Origin: Lama glama
Taxonomy: Eukaryota
Direction: 5' to 3'
Length of the DNA stretch: 64,000 bases
Assembly: GCA_028534125.1 (NCBI GenBank)
Contig: CM052837.1
Coordinates: forward strand, 36,580,001-36,644,000
Part shown: piece after piece, positions 1-12,043 of the stretch
Layout: every line of letters begins with the position of its first letter
Numbering within the stretch: position 1 is the first letter of the stretch
The notes under the pieces: generated by a model
What the model was told of the DNA's origin: nothing
Databases searched by the model: none
Seen by the model: the letters and a program-made list of their open reading frames with translations, nothing else
Program-made: the position numbers and the translations under genes

Positions 1-1176
1 GGTCAGAGGGAATGGCACGTGCAGAGCCCCAGAGGTGTGATGCGTTTGGATGCTGGTAAGGGCCCCTGTACCCAAGAGTGCACGCAGGTGCCAAGAGAAG
101 GGGCCCCAGAGGCCAGGAGGCAGTCATGGCTGGGCCATCTGTGCCGTTGCTGGGGCAGTGCATGGGCCCGAGTGTTTGGAAGCGAAGGAGAAGCAGGCCC
201 AGATACGCATCATGGAAAGTCTGAGCTCCGGGCCAAGCAGAGGGGTGGGGGATGGGCTGTAGCAATAACTGGGTGGGAGGGCGTGGACGGGGAGGAGGGC
301 CCAACTGGGGCTTTTCCGGAGAAGGGTCTGGCGGGGTAAGGGGTAGGTCTCAGGGGGTGGAACACCCGTTGGGGAGGTCCCCGGGCCATTCTGTGCAGGA
401 GCTGAACTTCTCCTTGGCCCGCTGGCTCCTTGGCAGCGGAGAAGGAAGGCTATTGGCCGGAGAAGGAAAAGTCCAGATTCCTCAGTGCGTCCTGCCCCAG
501 AGTCCAGTGTGGAGGCCTGCTGAGGCCTCCCGTCACCCCCAGCCTCCTCCCTCCCCCAGGCCCTAGCGCGGCCAGACGCCGTCCACCAGCGGTGCCGAGA
601 ACCCTTTATCAGATAATAAATAAGGCGGCTGGAGCCGTCCGTGTCAACATCTTGGCGGGCTTCACAGGGCATTGTGTGTGGGGGGGGCTGCCCACCATGG
701 CTTCCACGTGGCCCTCGAGGGCCGGCCACCCCCACCCCAGCTCCAGTGGGGCTGCGGGGCTCGCCCTCACCGGCCCCCTCCTTGGAGCTGGTTCAGCCCC
801 TGAGGAGACGTGTGTGGGGAGGACGGGGCACCTTGGGGCCTGCAGCCTCACAGCCTCAGTGGGTGCTGGGCCCTCCGACATCCTTTCTCGTCTGCTGAAT
901 GGGGGGTCCTTGCGGGGGCTGGGACCCGGGAGCCTGGTCATCCTCTTCCTGAGTGCCCGTCCACACACCCTGGAGGATGACCACCCCTGAACTGCCGTGA
1001 GCTGCCCACTGTTTTGTGACGGAGGAGAGGCGGGGGCTGCCAGCGCGTCACCCCTTCCCTGAGGCTGCTGTCCCGCGTGCTTGGCGGCAGAGCGGCCTGT
1101 CTGTGATGACGCTGACAGCAGCACCTGGTCCTCTCTAAGAAATGCCCCTATTCGGTCAAATACGAAGCTGTGGGGC

Positions 1177-1288
1177 GGGGAGGGTACAGCTTGGTGGCAG
1201 AGCGCGTGCTTAGCAGGCACCAGGTCCTGGGGTCAATCCCCAGCACCTCCATCAAACAAACAAATACGTAAACCTAATTACTGCCCCC
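1177..1288 (+). mobile_element. tRNA-Ala-derived SINE (camelid Vic-1-like)
   Basis: GGGGAGGGTACAGCTTGGTGGCAGAGCGCGTGCTTAGCAGGCACCAGGTCCTGGGGTCAATCCCCAGCACCTCCA, then an A-rich linker and AACCTAATTAC tail. Homologous to the copy at 43471-43597. Confidence 0.85.
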
Positions 1289-2769
1289 AGAGAACACAGC
1301 ATCAGCAAGCTGGTGGCCTGCGTTGCTCCCCCACAGAACAATTTTCTCTTTTTAATAAGCACGTTACATTTTTCAGACAAGCGCCTTCGAGAACTGACAT
1401 CCATTTTTCAAAGAGCCATTTTTTTTCGGGAGCCAAGGGAAAAGTAACCCTAGCCCCAGCCCCACTGGGAAGCTCTCGGGTCCGGGCACAGCTGGACGGG
1501 GCGGCGGCCGGGCCGCCCTGAGTGGTTGAGTGGGTGCCAGCGGCTCATGGGATGCTTTCGGCCTCCCTGCTGGGATCTGGAGGGAAGCGACAGGTGAAGG
1601 GCTTTAAGTGGGAGGAGAGGGTGCTCGGCCAACAGTTTTGGATCAAGAAACCCCAGCCGAGGGGACCCTGGGTGTCTCCCCACTTCTATGCCATGTGCTC
1701 AGTTTTCCGACTTCACCGGCTGGTCTTCCCCCTTCCCCAGGCGCCCAGGACAGAGCCCAGTGGGGGCTCGATGGACACTTCCCACAGATGGAGGGGACCG
1801 TTGCAGGATGGAGGGGCTATGGCACCCCTTCCCTGGGCTCCCTGGACATCTGCTTTAGCTCAAAAGATGAGGAAAATGAGGTGTGGGCAGCCAGGCAGTG
1901 CAGATGAACTGGCCTTTCTTTCCATCCTGTCGTCTGATAAGCGGCCTGGGGCTGCCCACACCCCCCAGCCTCCCCGCTCATCCGGTTGTTTACGGCTGGC
2001 CTGCGGGGCAGAGCCGCGGGGAGGGCTGGCGGGAGGAAGAGCTGCAGGAAGGGGGTGCCAGGCAGCTATATTAAGGCTCCAGGTCCTGACAGCTTCCGGG
2101 CCCCGAAGAGCCATTGGGGAGAAATGCTTAAATTTAGCAGCTTTGCCCAAAGCTCCTCATGTCCAGAGGAGGGGCTCACCCCCTCTCGCCCAGGGCACGT
2201 CCTAAAAAATGACAAAAATGGAGGAAGAGATGACATCTTCCTTCCCTCTTTGTCAAGTACCCCCCTGGGGACCTCTCTGCAAGGGCCAGGCGCCTAGCCC
2301 CTCCTCCCATCCACCCTGCCTGTTCTGCCCGCGCGTCGTGGATGCCTCCAGGTCCCTGCGGAGCCACATGCCACGTCTCAGGTGCCTGTTTTTCTCATCA
2401 GGGAAGAGGGGGAACAGCACCTGCCCCTTGGAGGGAACAGCAGGGATGCTGGACCACGAGGCTCTGCGCCTGCCCAGAGGAGGGGCGCTCCCAACCCCGA
2501 CATGGTTCTCACCAGGCACCCCCCACCAGGCTCTCCCCGCCACCTCGCTTTGCTTCTCCTCCCCTCCCCCTCCCGAGAAGGGCTGGGCTAGCCTTGCCTT
2601 TGAGAGGTCCGGGGGTGCCTGGCGGGGCAGCAGCTCTGGGTGGGGGACCCGCGGATGTCACCCCAACTTGTTCCTCTCCAGCCAGTGACTCGGTCTCCTG
2701 CTCAGCTCGGGGCCCCGACACCCCGTCACGAGCCCTGAGGACAACGGGTGGGAAGGGGCTCTGTCCCCC

Positions 2770-2822
2770 CAGCTGGGTGACAAAATATCCTCTCTGTGCC
2801 TCAGTTTCCTCACCTGCAAGTC
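2770..2822 (+). mobile_element. MIR core fragment
   Basis: CTCTCTGTGCCTCAGTTTCCTCACCTGCAA. Confidence 0.65.
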
Positions 2823-4357
2823 CCCTGGGAAGGTGTGGAGACGAGACAGCGGCGGGCTCTTTTCCACAACAGCGGCCTCAAGTCTGAGCCACCAGGCACA
2901 TCCACCCACAGGCACAGCCGTCACAGGCCCCTCTATCCCCATCTCTCCCATCCAGCCCGCTTTTGAAAGACCAGGTTGTGATCGCAGACAGACCCTGTCC
3001 CCAAGGCGTTTCCTCTGCTGCCTGGCCCTGGCCACGTGGTTCCTGGCGTGGCTGCTGCAGGGCCCTGAGGGCAGGTGACCATGCGGTTTTCCCAGCTCCG
3101 GCCACCACGAAACTGGCCCCAGGCCCTGAGTGCCTGCATTTAACTTGCCCCTCAGCTCATCCAGATCTGGGCGGTCCGTGCTGCAGCCTCTGTATGGGAG
3201 GGAGGGTGGGGGTGCCCCATCAGCCAGGGACCAGGGCACCGAGGCTCGTGTCCACTTCTTATGGACGCCCAGGTGGTGAGAGGTGGACAGTTCCCTGTAC
3301 AAAATTTTGAATCAAATTGGGAGTTAGGGGGAGAAAGCTTTCAATTAGAAGGCTTCACACAAAACAAGAAAGATTCCAGGTTTCTGGCTTCCAAGGAAAA
3401 ATCAGGTCTTTTTGGTGAAGGGCAGCAACTGGGCATAAGTGATGCGTGGCCCTTCTGCAGGGCATGCCCCACTCCTCGCCACTCCCTACTGCCTCTCTGC
3501 CATCAAGCTGTTAGCAGCCATTTACCAGCTCCCTGGGGTAGAGCCGCCTCCAGCCAGGATGCCAACAAATTTATCATCCAACCCTGTGAGGGGACGGCTT
3601 TTGTCGTGAAAGGGGGTGATAGTAATGATTCTCCGGGGACAGTCGCAGACAAGCCAGGCCATGTGGTCACTCCACCACAGCCCCGAGAGTGCCTGTGTGC
3701 GTTAGAACAGAGGCCCAGGTACTTTACTCTTCAGAAATGGTCTCAAGACACAGACTCAGTCGGAACAAGGCCCTTTACTGCCCCCTCTGGGATAACTGTC
3801 CAAATAAATACAAGTCTACAATGATGACTATGTGAACGCTCCCCCCTGGGGTGGCGTCCCGGTACAGTGCACGGCCTGCACGTCTGTCCCTGGCAGTCCT
3901 GTGCTCCGAGGAGTCCACGTCTGGCTGCTCCCCTCATCAGTGCTGCCTGCTTGGCCTCAGTCCTCTTACTTGTGGCCCTGGTTTTACAACAGGAAGTTGG
4001 GGTGTCTAACTGCTGCAGCCTGTAAACGTGATGATGGCGAGTGTTGACAATGGAATTCACGCAGGTGGTGGCGCCCCGGTCAGCCTTGGCTGGAGTGGCC
4101 GGTGTGGTCTAGAGCCTCTCGCAACATCTGGGGATCCTTTGCTGTCCAGGGGGGGCTCAAGCCCTTCCCCTACCAGCCTTCCTTCTGCTCTGGGGCCAGA
4201 CTGCCGTCTGCACAAAAGGCCTCGGGCCGCCATGTTGAGGGGCGCCCAGCGCCTCTGGGCCCGGCTGGCTCCAGTCTCTTCTGGCAGTGGACCTGGAGGT
4301 CTCTCTGCTGCGCTGGAGTGAAGCGGCAGCGCGGTGGGTTCGGTGGGTGCCGGAGAC

Positions 4358-4513
4358 CTAGGCTAAGGCCAGAGCACACCAGGCCTCCTGGCGCAGGGCC
4401 CCGCCGAGGCCAGGCTGGGGGCCCAGGGCTGCAGAAGGCAAGGCAAAGTCCTCTTGCTCGAATTTGAACTCCAAGTGGCTGGGGGCCAGGGGGTCGTCCA
4501 CCGGCCCGGACAC
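4358..4513 (-). CDS. GATA5: GATA5 exon 7 coding part with TAG stop
   Basis: [51 protein letters not shown]. Acceptor ccctgcag at 4514; stop at 4358-4360. Confidence 0.96.
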   Translation of the reverse strand: MSGPVDDPLAPSHLEFKFEQEDFALPSAALGPQPGLGGALRQEAWCALALA

Positions 4514-4859
4514 CTGCAGGGAGGACAGGGCACACGTGAGCATCAGATCAGGAACAGCGGGCCAGCCGCACGGGGGTTCGGGAGCCCTCAGGACGGGGTG
4601 ATTTGCTCTAACGGGCCTCCTTCATCCCTGGAATGGGGCGGAGACCCCTCCTGAGGGTCGACGTGGAACACATGCAGGGCTCTCCGCTGGTGCTGGCCAC
4701 TGGTCAGCTCTGGTTCTAGCGACCAGCTGTGGGTCCAGCCCCGAGCTCCCGAGAGGGTCCTACAGGGGCTCTGACCTGGCCAGGGAGTCAGGGTTCCCCG
4801 AGGAGGTGTCTGGGAGCCAGCTCCAGGCACCCCACCCTCCCCTACCACATCCACCTTAC

Positions 4860-4987
4860 CTGGGAGGTGGCACTGGGACCGGGCTGTGAAGGGGATCTCA
4901 GGCTGGGCTTGGGTTTCAGAGTGGCCACTGAGACCTCCGGGTCAGGGATAGAGGTTGGTGGGGAGGCTGCAGTGACCCCCGTGGACC
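4860..4987 (-). CDS. GATA5: GATA5 exon 6
   Basis: (G)STGVTAASPPTSIPDPEVSVATLKPKPSLRSPSQPGPSATSQ. Acceptor ccttccctcccag at 4988, donor CAG|GTAAGG at 4859; 128 nt, phase-compatible with flanking exons. Confidence 0.92.
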
Positions 4988-5293
4988 CTGGGAGGGAAGG
5001 TAGGGTGTTTACAGAAGCCACCAGGTCTGGCTGCACTGGTCACACAGTGAGGGAGGGGCTGGGTGTGGCTTCCTTCACCAGACCTCCCGCCCCACTGCTG
5101 GCTCCCGCCAGCTGGAGCCGTCCCAGGGCAGGGGGGTCACGTGTCCTTCTGGGGGTGACACTCGCACCAAACACGTGAATGTCTAATGGTGGAATGTGAG
5201 ACACTCAGGGATTCCACAGGGAGGATGTGTGCCCCACGGGAGAGGCGGGGGGCTGGGCTCCCTCCCGCGTCTCGGCCGCCCCAGCCCGTGCAC

Positions 5294-5381
5294 CTGAGGA
5301 GCCCCTGGTCTTGGCCACGTTCTTCGGCTTCCGTTTCCGCGTCTGGATGCTCTCCTTCTTCATGGCCAGGGGCCGCGGCAC
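5294..5381 (-). CDS. GATA5: GATA5 exon 5, basic region/nuclear localisation signal
   Basis: [29 protein letters not shown](G). Acceptor ccctgccag at 5382, donor CAG|GTGCAC at 5293; 88 nt. Confidence 0.96.
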
Positions 5382-5798
5382 CTGGCAGGGTGGGCAGGTG
5401 GTGGGTGTCTGGGATCTCTCTCTGCTCACCCTGGGGCCTCTTGCGTGGCTGCCTGCCCTGATCTTGGCCCTGCAGAGCCGGTCACTCCCGCAGCCCTGTT
5501 TGGGCAGCTGCCGCCCTGGGCTTGACGCTTGTCCCGGGCAGGGTAAGGGGGAGCCCGTCCCACCCCAGTCTCCCAGGGCCAGAGGGGCCAGGAGGGCTCT
5601 GGGGGTGCAGGGAGGCAAGACTGAGGGGTCCAGCCTCTGCCCGAGGCTGAACGGCTGTGGACGAGCCAGTGACACCAGGGCCTCAGCGAGCCCACCTGCA
5701 CAGTGGGCCTGACAGTGACACGCAGGTGGGCTGCGGGCACGCAGCCAGCCTGGTCGACCGCCCCCGGCCCCTCAGCCCCTGCACGCCGGCCCGCTCAC

Positions 5799-5924
5799 CC
5801 CGTGCAGCTTCGTGTAGAGCCCGCAGGCGTTGCACACCGGCTCGCCGTCCGCGTTGCGCCGCCACAGCGTGGTGTGCGTGGTGTGGCAGTTGGTGCAGCA
5901 GAGGCCGGCCCGGCGGGACGAGGA
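5799..5924 (-). CDS. GATA5: GATA5 exon 4, C-terminal (DNA-binding) GATA zinc finger
   Basis: Hand translation gives [42 protein letters not shown]. Acceptor ccacag at 5925, donor GGG|GTGAGC at 5798; 126 nt. Confidence 0.97.
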
Positions 5925-6164
5925 CTGTGGACGGGAGGCCGGTGTGAGCCGTGCCGGGGACCCAGGGCCCTCCTGCCACTCCGCTTGGCCCAGCGAGTGG
6001 CAGCCGGGATGGGAGGGAAGGACGCCGGACTCGGAACTGACTGGCTGACAGGTCGGGGGCCACGGGGGGCCAGGTGAGACGGTCTCTGGGGGCTCAGGTC
6101 GTGAGGCCTGCCCGGGACAGGGACGGCCGTGATTCCTTGGCGCTTAGATCAGGTGCCCCACGAG

Positions 6165-6260
6165 CCCTGGGACAGGTCACCTCACCCTTCTGAGCCTCAG
6201 TTTCCCTGTCAGTAGAATGGGGGTGACCGCAGACCCACCACACGCCTGCTGTGGGTCAGA
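6165..6260 (+). mobile_element. MIR fragment
   Basis: GGACAGGTCACCTCACCCTTCTGAGCCTCAGTTTCCCTGTCAGTAGAATGGGG. Confidence 0.7.
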
Positions 6261-7802
6261 CCGTTGTGAAGAGCCCGGAGGGACGTGAAGCTGGTTTTCT
6301 GCCGTGGTCCCTTTTCAGCTACCGATGCTGGGCCTTCACGCTGTGTCTCTGGGGTAGAGCAGCACCTTCCATGAGGCCCCAGGCTGCACATTCAGGGGGC
6401 CCACCGGCCCCTCTGGGCACCTGCTTCCCAAGACCTGGGGCTCTGGGCACACAGTCAGCTCAACAGCTCTCCACTGGACAGTGGGCTGCAGTGCCAGGTC
6501 ACCCTGACCACACCGGCCTCTTGCTGCTGGAGCAAGACTGGACCTTCTGGAGCCTCTCAGGGGCTGGCCCTTTCCTCCTCCGCAATGCTCTGGCCTGGCC
6601 CAGTCCCCGCCCCTCACCGCGACAACAGCGATGCAGGGTCTTTACTCCCACCTCCCCGGGGCTCAGACCAAGCCACATCCGCTCTGGGGTTTCAGCCGCA
6701 CCTCGGGGAGCCGGGAGAGAAGCCCATAAGGCCGCACACGCAAGATCCCCCCGAGGATGTGCGTCCTCTGCTCGGGGTCTCCGGCCCAGGACCAAGCCCG
6801 AGAGCAACCAAAGGCAAGACAACCAGACCAACCAAACCAGGCAGCAGAAGGGGTCTGTCCCGGGCTGGGGCCGAGCCGTCGGGGGCAGCGTGCTTCCCCG
6901 TCGGTCAGCGGTCTCTGGGGTCTTTCCTTCTGCAATGACCTTGTGGGCTACCTAGCCGACCCCCTCTCCCACCAGGCTTTCAGCCGGTCGAGGGCACAGG
7001 CTGCCCCCCAGAGTGGCCTGGGAGGGACAGTGGGGTCTGTCTGAAGCCCTCTGCACCAGCGGTTCCCAAGAAGACTCAGACCTGGAACCGCCTCATTGCC
7101 CTCCCCTCCCACAGGCTGCAGGCAGCCACCAGAGACCCCAGAGAGTTGCACCCTGTTCAGTCTCCGGCTCGGCCTCCAGGCTCCAGGCGAGACTCTGCCC
7201 CAGGATCCAGGAAAAAGGACCACAAGACAAGAAAGGGACGAAACCTTGGAGGCTCGAGAGGGAACACAGGGCTGGAGCTCCCAGCCTGGCTGGGGAGACC
7301 TCATCCTCTTGCCAATGGCCACCAGACCTGACGTCCAGCCTCGCAGGGGTCTCCGGCTGTCTCCCTGGGGCGCCTGATGGGGGGGAAGACTTGTACACTC
7401 ACTGGCGTGGAGAGCGCTGGTGCCTGGCCCAGACCCCGCAGAAGAGGAAGGGACGTGGAGGCTGCAGCCCGGGGCAGACAGGGGGCACACTCTGAGGCAG
7501 GGACCCCAGCCCGAGTGCCCCACCCCAGGGGCCTGCAGCCACATCCTGGCCTTATCTACAGAGCAGCTGCTACTGGACACGATTCGAATCCCCCTCCTTG
7601 CCCCTCCCTCCCTTTAGCTGCCTCTCCGTGCCGGGGAGCCGTGCACAAAGCGGAGGCCCCCTGCCCTCCCCGAGCCCACTGTCCAGCGTGAAGCAGGGTC
7701 TCCTTCCAGCCCTGCTGCTCGCCCCAGCCCGGGGTTCCCCTGGACCCCCCCACCCCAATCCATCCACCTTCTCAAGGTGAGAGGAGGCCTTGGGACCTCC
7801 CC

Positions 7803-7997
7803 AGGGTTCCCAGATTTAGCAAACAAACAAACATAAGCAAACAGGATGCCCGCCTGGATGTGAATTTCAGATAAGCAGCAAATACTTTGCATAAGTTCAC
7901 CCCATGCAACATTTGGGACACACTTGTACTAAAATGCTACTCACTGTTTATCTGAAACGCACATCGACTGTGTATCCTGTGTTTATCTTGTGACCCT
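7803..7997. mobile_element. MER53-type palindromic hAT MITE in GATA5 intron 3
   Basis: Termini AGGGTTCCCAGATTTAGCAAA...TTTATCTTGTGACCCT, internal inverted arms TTTCAGATAAGCA / TGTTTATCTGAAA, centre CCCATGCAACATTTGGGACA; matches the recalled MER53 consensus. Confidence 0.85.
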
Positions 7998-10900
7998 AAC
8001 CTGCCTTCTTCGGCTCCCGCCACCATCCCAGCTCCTGCTGTGCCTTCGGACCAGAAGGAACCAAGGCCTGAGGCCCCTCCCTGTTCCCTCAGGCACTTCT
8101 ACCAGCCTTCGCTGCCTTAGAGTTCACACTGCCATCCCACGTTCCAAGAAAACTTCAGCGTCACTGAAAGTGGGAAGCACAACACGAGGACGCTGTTTCC
8201 TCGGCCGTCAGGCCACTTCCTACTAACATCCTTCCTGCAGGAATCTCCCACGAGGGCGTAAAGGGACCCATGCAAAGACTCAACCCCAGCGTTGCTTCCG
8301 CCTGCCCGCTCAGAGGGGGCGCGCACGTGGGCACACCTGCAGACGCACACACCCGGGGCGCCCCCCGCAGCCGCCGGGGCGCGGAGGGAAAAGCAGAGCT
8401 ACGTTCCGATGGGGTTGTGCCTGCAGCACGCCACCCCAGCATGCGAACCCATCCCCTGTCACCTGGGAGGAGAGGTGAAAAATCTGGAAGCCACCTCTGA
8501 ATCCTTCTTCAGTGAGCATAAATTAAAATCAAGAAATTGGAAATTAGGTTAAAATCAAGAAAGTGGTAAAAAAAAGAATGACCATGAAAAAATTCTTAAA
8601 GTCCCCACTCACTTACTCTTTCCTGGCCCCTCACCAGACTGCGTTCTATGGAGGAAGGCTGAGGCTCCGAAATACTGAGGGGCCAGCGGCGCAGGGGTCG
8701 TCCCGGGGTGGACAGGACACGTTCCTGGCGCCGTTCACACCCCTCAGGCACCGGAGCTTCCTCGTCCTTCCTCATTCACTGTCAGGACAAGCGGCCAGGC
8801 TGGGCCACTCTCAGGGCCCCCAAACCGCCAGGCCTCTCCCAGCTGCATTTTGTTTTTCTTTTTTGCTCTGCTCTTTCCAAAAGATGTTGAGCTTCAAAGC
8901 CTGTTGCAGAGCCACCCTGAGCTCCAGGACCATCTGAACATCCAGAGAGACCAGGGTGGGGGCAGCATGGAGCTGGGCGGGGGGCTGCTGTTGGAGATGT
9001 GAGGGGCACAGGAGAGGGAAGGGTGGGGGGGTGGTTGGAGGGGGGTGGCCAGCTCACATGGGGACGTGCTTTGGAAAGTAAAAACTGCAGATTGGAGAGC
9101 AGCAAAGACAAACCCATTTCAAACGGGCCTCTGGACGCTTTTGGAAGAGGAGCGTGAGGACACTTAGCCTGACAATGGGCCAGTGTCCCTCGCTGCTCAG
9201 GGCAAGTTGTGACAGGGACCAGAGCCTGTGAGGCGGGGCTGTGTAGGAAGGGACACCCAGGTCGGTGAGCAGCGGAGGACACTGGGCCCTAGGGGCACTG
9301 GCCGCTTTCCAGAGCTGGTGCCAGAACTGGCTGTGGGCTAACAGGCCTGCCATCCGCTGACCTTGGCCGCCTGGCTCCGATGTTCATGGGCCAGGCCTGG
9401 CTGAGTGGTGCGTGGAATTCACCTGGCCATAGGCACAGGCGCATCGGGGTCAGTGGAACCACCTCGATCATCCCTGCTCATCTACACTGACGGAAGCCTC
9501 GGGTCAAAGGTGTGACCCTACTCCCACAGCGTAAGTCCGAGGATGCACGCGGGAGGCAGGGGGTAAAAACGACACGGGTTCCTGCTGGGTTCCTGTTGGG
9601 GGCGGAGGCACGTTTGCTACTGTCCCCCTCCTATGCTCTCGGCGGCAAGCTTCTAGGACGTTTGTAGTTATTTGAAAAATGGATACGTTCTCCCTGGAGA
9701 GGCCCCTCCTGGGGCGTCAGTTCAGCTCACGCACGAGAGAGGGAGGCACCGGCGTGGGGGCAAGTCTGGGTGACCAGCCACGTGGACTGGGCTCTTGTCT
9801 CAGGTCTCGGAGGATCTTGGGGTTTTCACAGCGAGCCTGGCCATGCCAGGACCAGCCACCGGGCGAGCAGTGGGGCCCCCCTCCCTGAGTGACAGGCAGG
9901 AACCCTGTGGCAAGTCAGAGGAGCCCTCTGGGATCTGCTCAGGGAGAGATGGAGAGCCGAGGGGCTGTGTGAACGCCCCCGACCTCAGCCCCACTCGGCA
10001 AACACTCCCTGGGTGTGTCCCACACTCAGATCTGTGTAGGCCCTGTGGCCTCGGGGAGGTGAGCACGCACACACCTTAGGAGGCACCCCAAAGTTGATTC
10101 TTCCATATCCTTAAACTAGGAAACAAAGACCTCACAGGCCAAGTGCCGGACCCAGCCCACCCACGGCCTGGGGCACGGCTCGTCCACGCGCTCTGAACAT
10201 GCCGTCTAATTTATCTTTCCGGCGGGCAAGGGGGCAGTTCCTGAGTTCATCTCACGGGGCTGGGCACGAAGGTCCAGGTCAGGGGCAGGGGGCTTAGGGG
10301 AGTTGGGAGCCCACGGGAGACCGAGGCCACAGGCCTGGGCCAAACCTGGGTCTGCCGCTTGCAGGCCGCGAGCCCAGGGAAGTGGCTCAGCATCTTGGAG
10401 CCCCGGGGGGTCATCTGGCTGCTGTGAAGGTAAAAGCCTCAACGCTTAGATGGTGGCCCTTGCCCGCCCACCCCTCAAGCCAGAGATTTTCTGCTGGGAG
10501 GTGAGCCCTTTGAGGGGTGGGGGCCGAGGTGGAGCGGGCCCACATCTCCTGTTCACCAGCCTGTCCTTGGCACCCAGTTCAGGGCTTGGCCCGGGGAGCG
10601 TGCAGGGGTCAGGCCTGCTGCCTGGGGTCAGGAGGTCTAGGCTGCTGTCCCCCAGGACCCTCTCCTCTTAACCTCAGTCTCCCCCTCACTGAGGCCACGC
10701 CAGATACCGGGCCAGTGAGGCACACCTGGGCTTGGGGCGTGGTCACAGGGCAGAGACCGAAGGGGTGAGGTAGACTCGGAGGGTCCTCCCTTTCTCCCTC
10801 CGAGAGGCACGGCGTGGGTGGGGGGAGGCTGGGGGACCAGCAGAACCCCAAACTCCAGGCAAAATCAGAGGAAGAAAAACAGCGACTGCCCTCAAGCTGC

Positions 10901-11867
10901 AGGACCCAGAGTCAGTCTTGCTTCCTGCCTGCCCAGGCTGGGGCCTCGAAGAGTCTGGCCCTGGCGCTGTCATAGCCGGGGCTTCAAGCTCCCAGTAAAG
11001 GACAACAACCAACTACTCTGACGCCCAGACCAGCGACCGCCGCAGCTGGCTGGGTCGGCCCGGCACCCGGCAGCGAAAGCCCACCCACGCGCCCCCGGGG
11101 CCCGACACACCAGAACCAGCCAGCTGGGCCTGACGGCGCTCACACCAGCCTTAGCCCAGAAACACAGCCCTGCCCAGGCCTGGCACCGGGAGCCACTGCG
11201 GCCTCGCTGTCTGCACGTCTGGCCAACCTCGGCAGGCCTACCACTCATCTGCAAACTGACTTGAACATCAAAGTTCGCCCGTGAAACAGTAGAGTATAAA
11301 GTATCTCTAAACCTTGACGCAGCTTCTGGGGACTCTGCCCTGCTGGGGGCAAAAGTCGGGCTCCCAGTCCCCTACTCCCCACCCAGACACACACCAGAAG
11401 GAACCAAAAGTGAAAACAGCTTTCGCCCAGCAAACAACCACAGACCTGGTCTCCTCCCATCCCTGCAGCACTGTAGAAAGTCCCCTCCCCTGGAGGGCTC
11501 AGCGTTCCCCAACAAAGCATGTGGCCAGCAGCCCCTCCCCCGAGCCCCTCCCTGGGGCCAGGCCACCCCAACCCTGCCCTGCTCCCCACCACCGCCTGGC
11601 CAGCCCGAAGCCCCAGGCAGCCTTGGAGCCGCAAGTCTGACCCCCAGAGGGCCCATGGAAGTTCCCCTGCCCAGCAGGTCCCAGCCCACTCAGGGGCAGA
11701 GGAGCCTTTCTGGGACGCTCGGCAGACACTGCGGGTGCACAGCCCCAAGCGCAGGGGCCCGCAGCAGTGGGCCAGGCTCGGTCATCCCGGCCTGGGCCTC
11801 CTGCTTCCCAGAGAGCTCCCCGTGGGCTCCCCGGCCCCCTCCTGCCCCGCGGCCGCCCAGCACTCAC

Positions 11868-12043
11868 CAGGCGCTTCTGCGGCCGCACCAGTGGCCGGTT
11901 GACGCCGTTCATCTTGTGGTAGAGGCCGCAGGCGTTGCACAGGTAGTGGCCGGTGCCGTCCCGGCGCCACAGCGGGGTGGACAGGGCCCCACAGTTGACA
12001 CACTCGCGACCCTCACCAGGAAACTCCTCCAGGAAGTCGGACG
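11868..12043 (-). CDS. GATA5: GATA5 exon 3, N-terminal GATA zinc finger
   Basis: (A)[58 protein letters not shown]. Acceptor cccgcag at 12044, donor CTG|GTGAGT at 11867; 176 nt. Confidence 0.98.
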
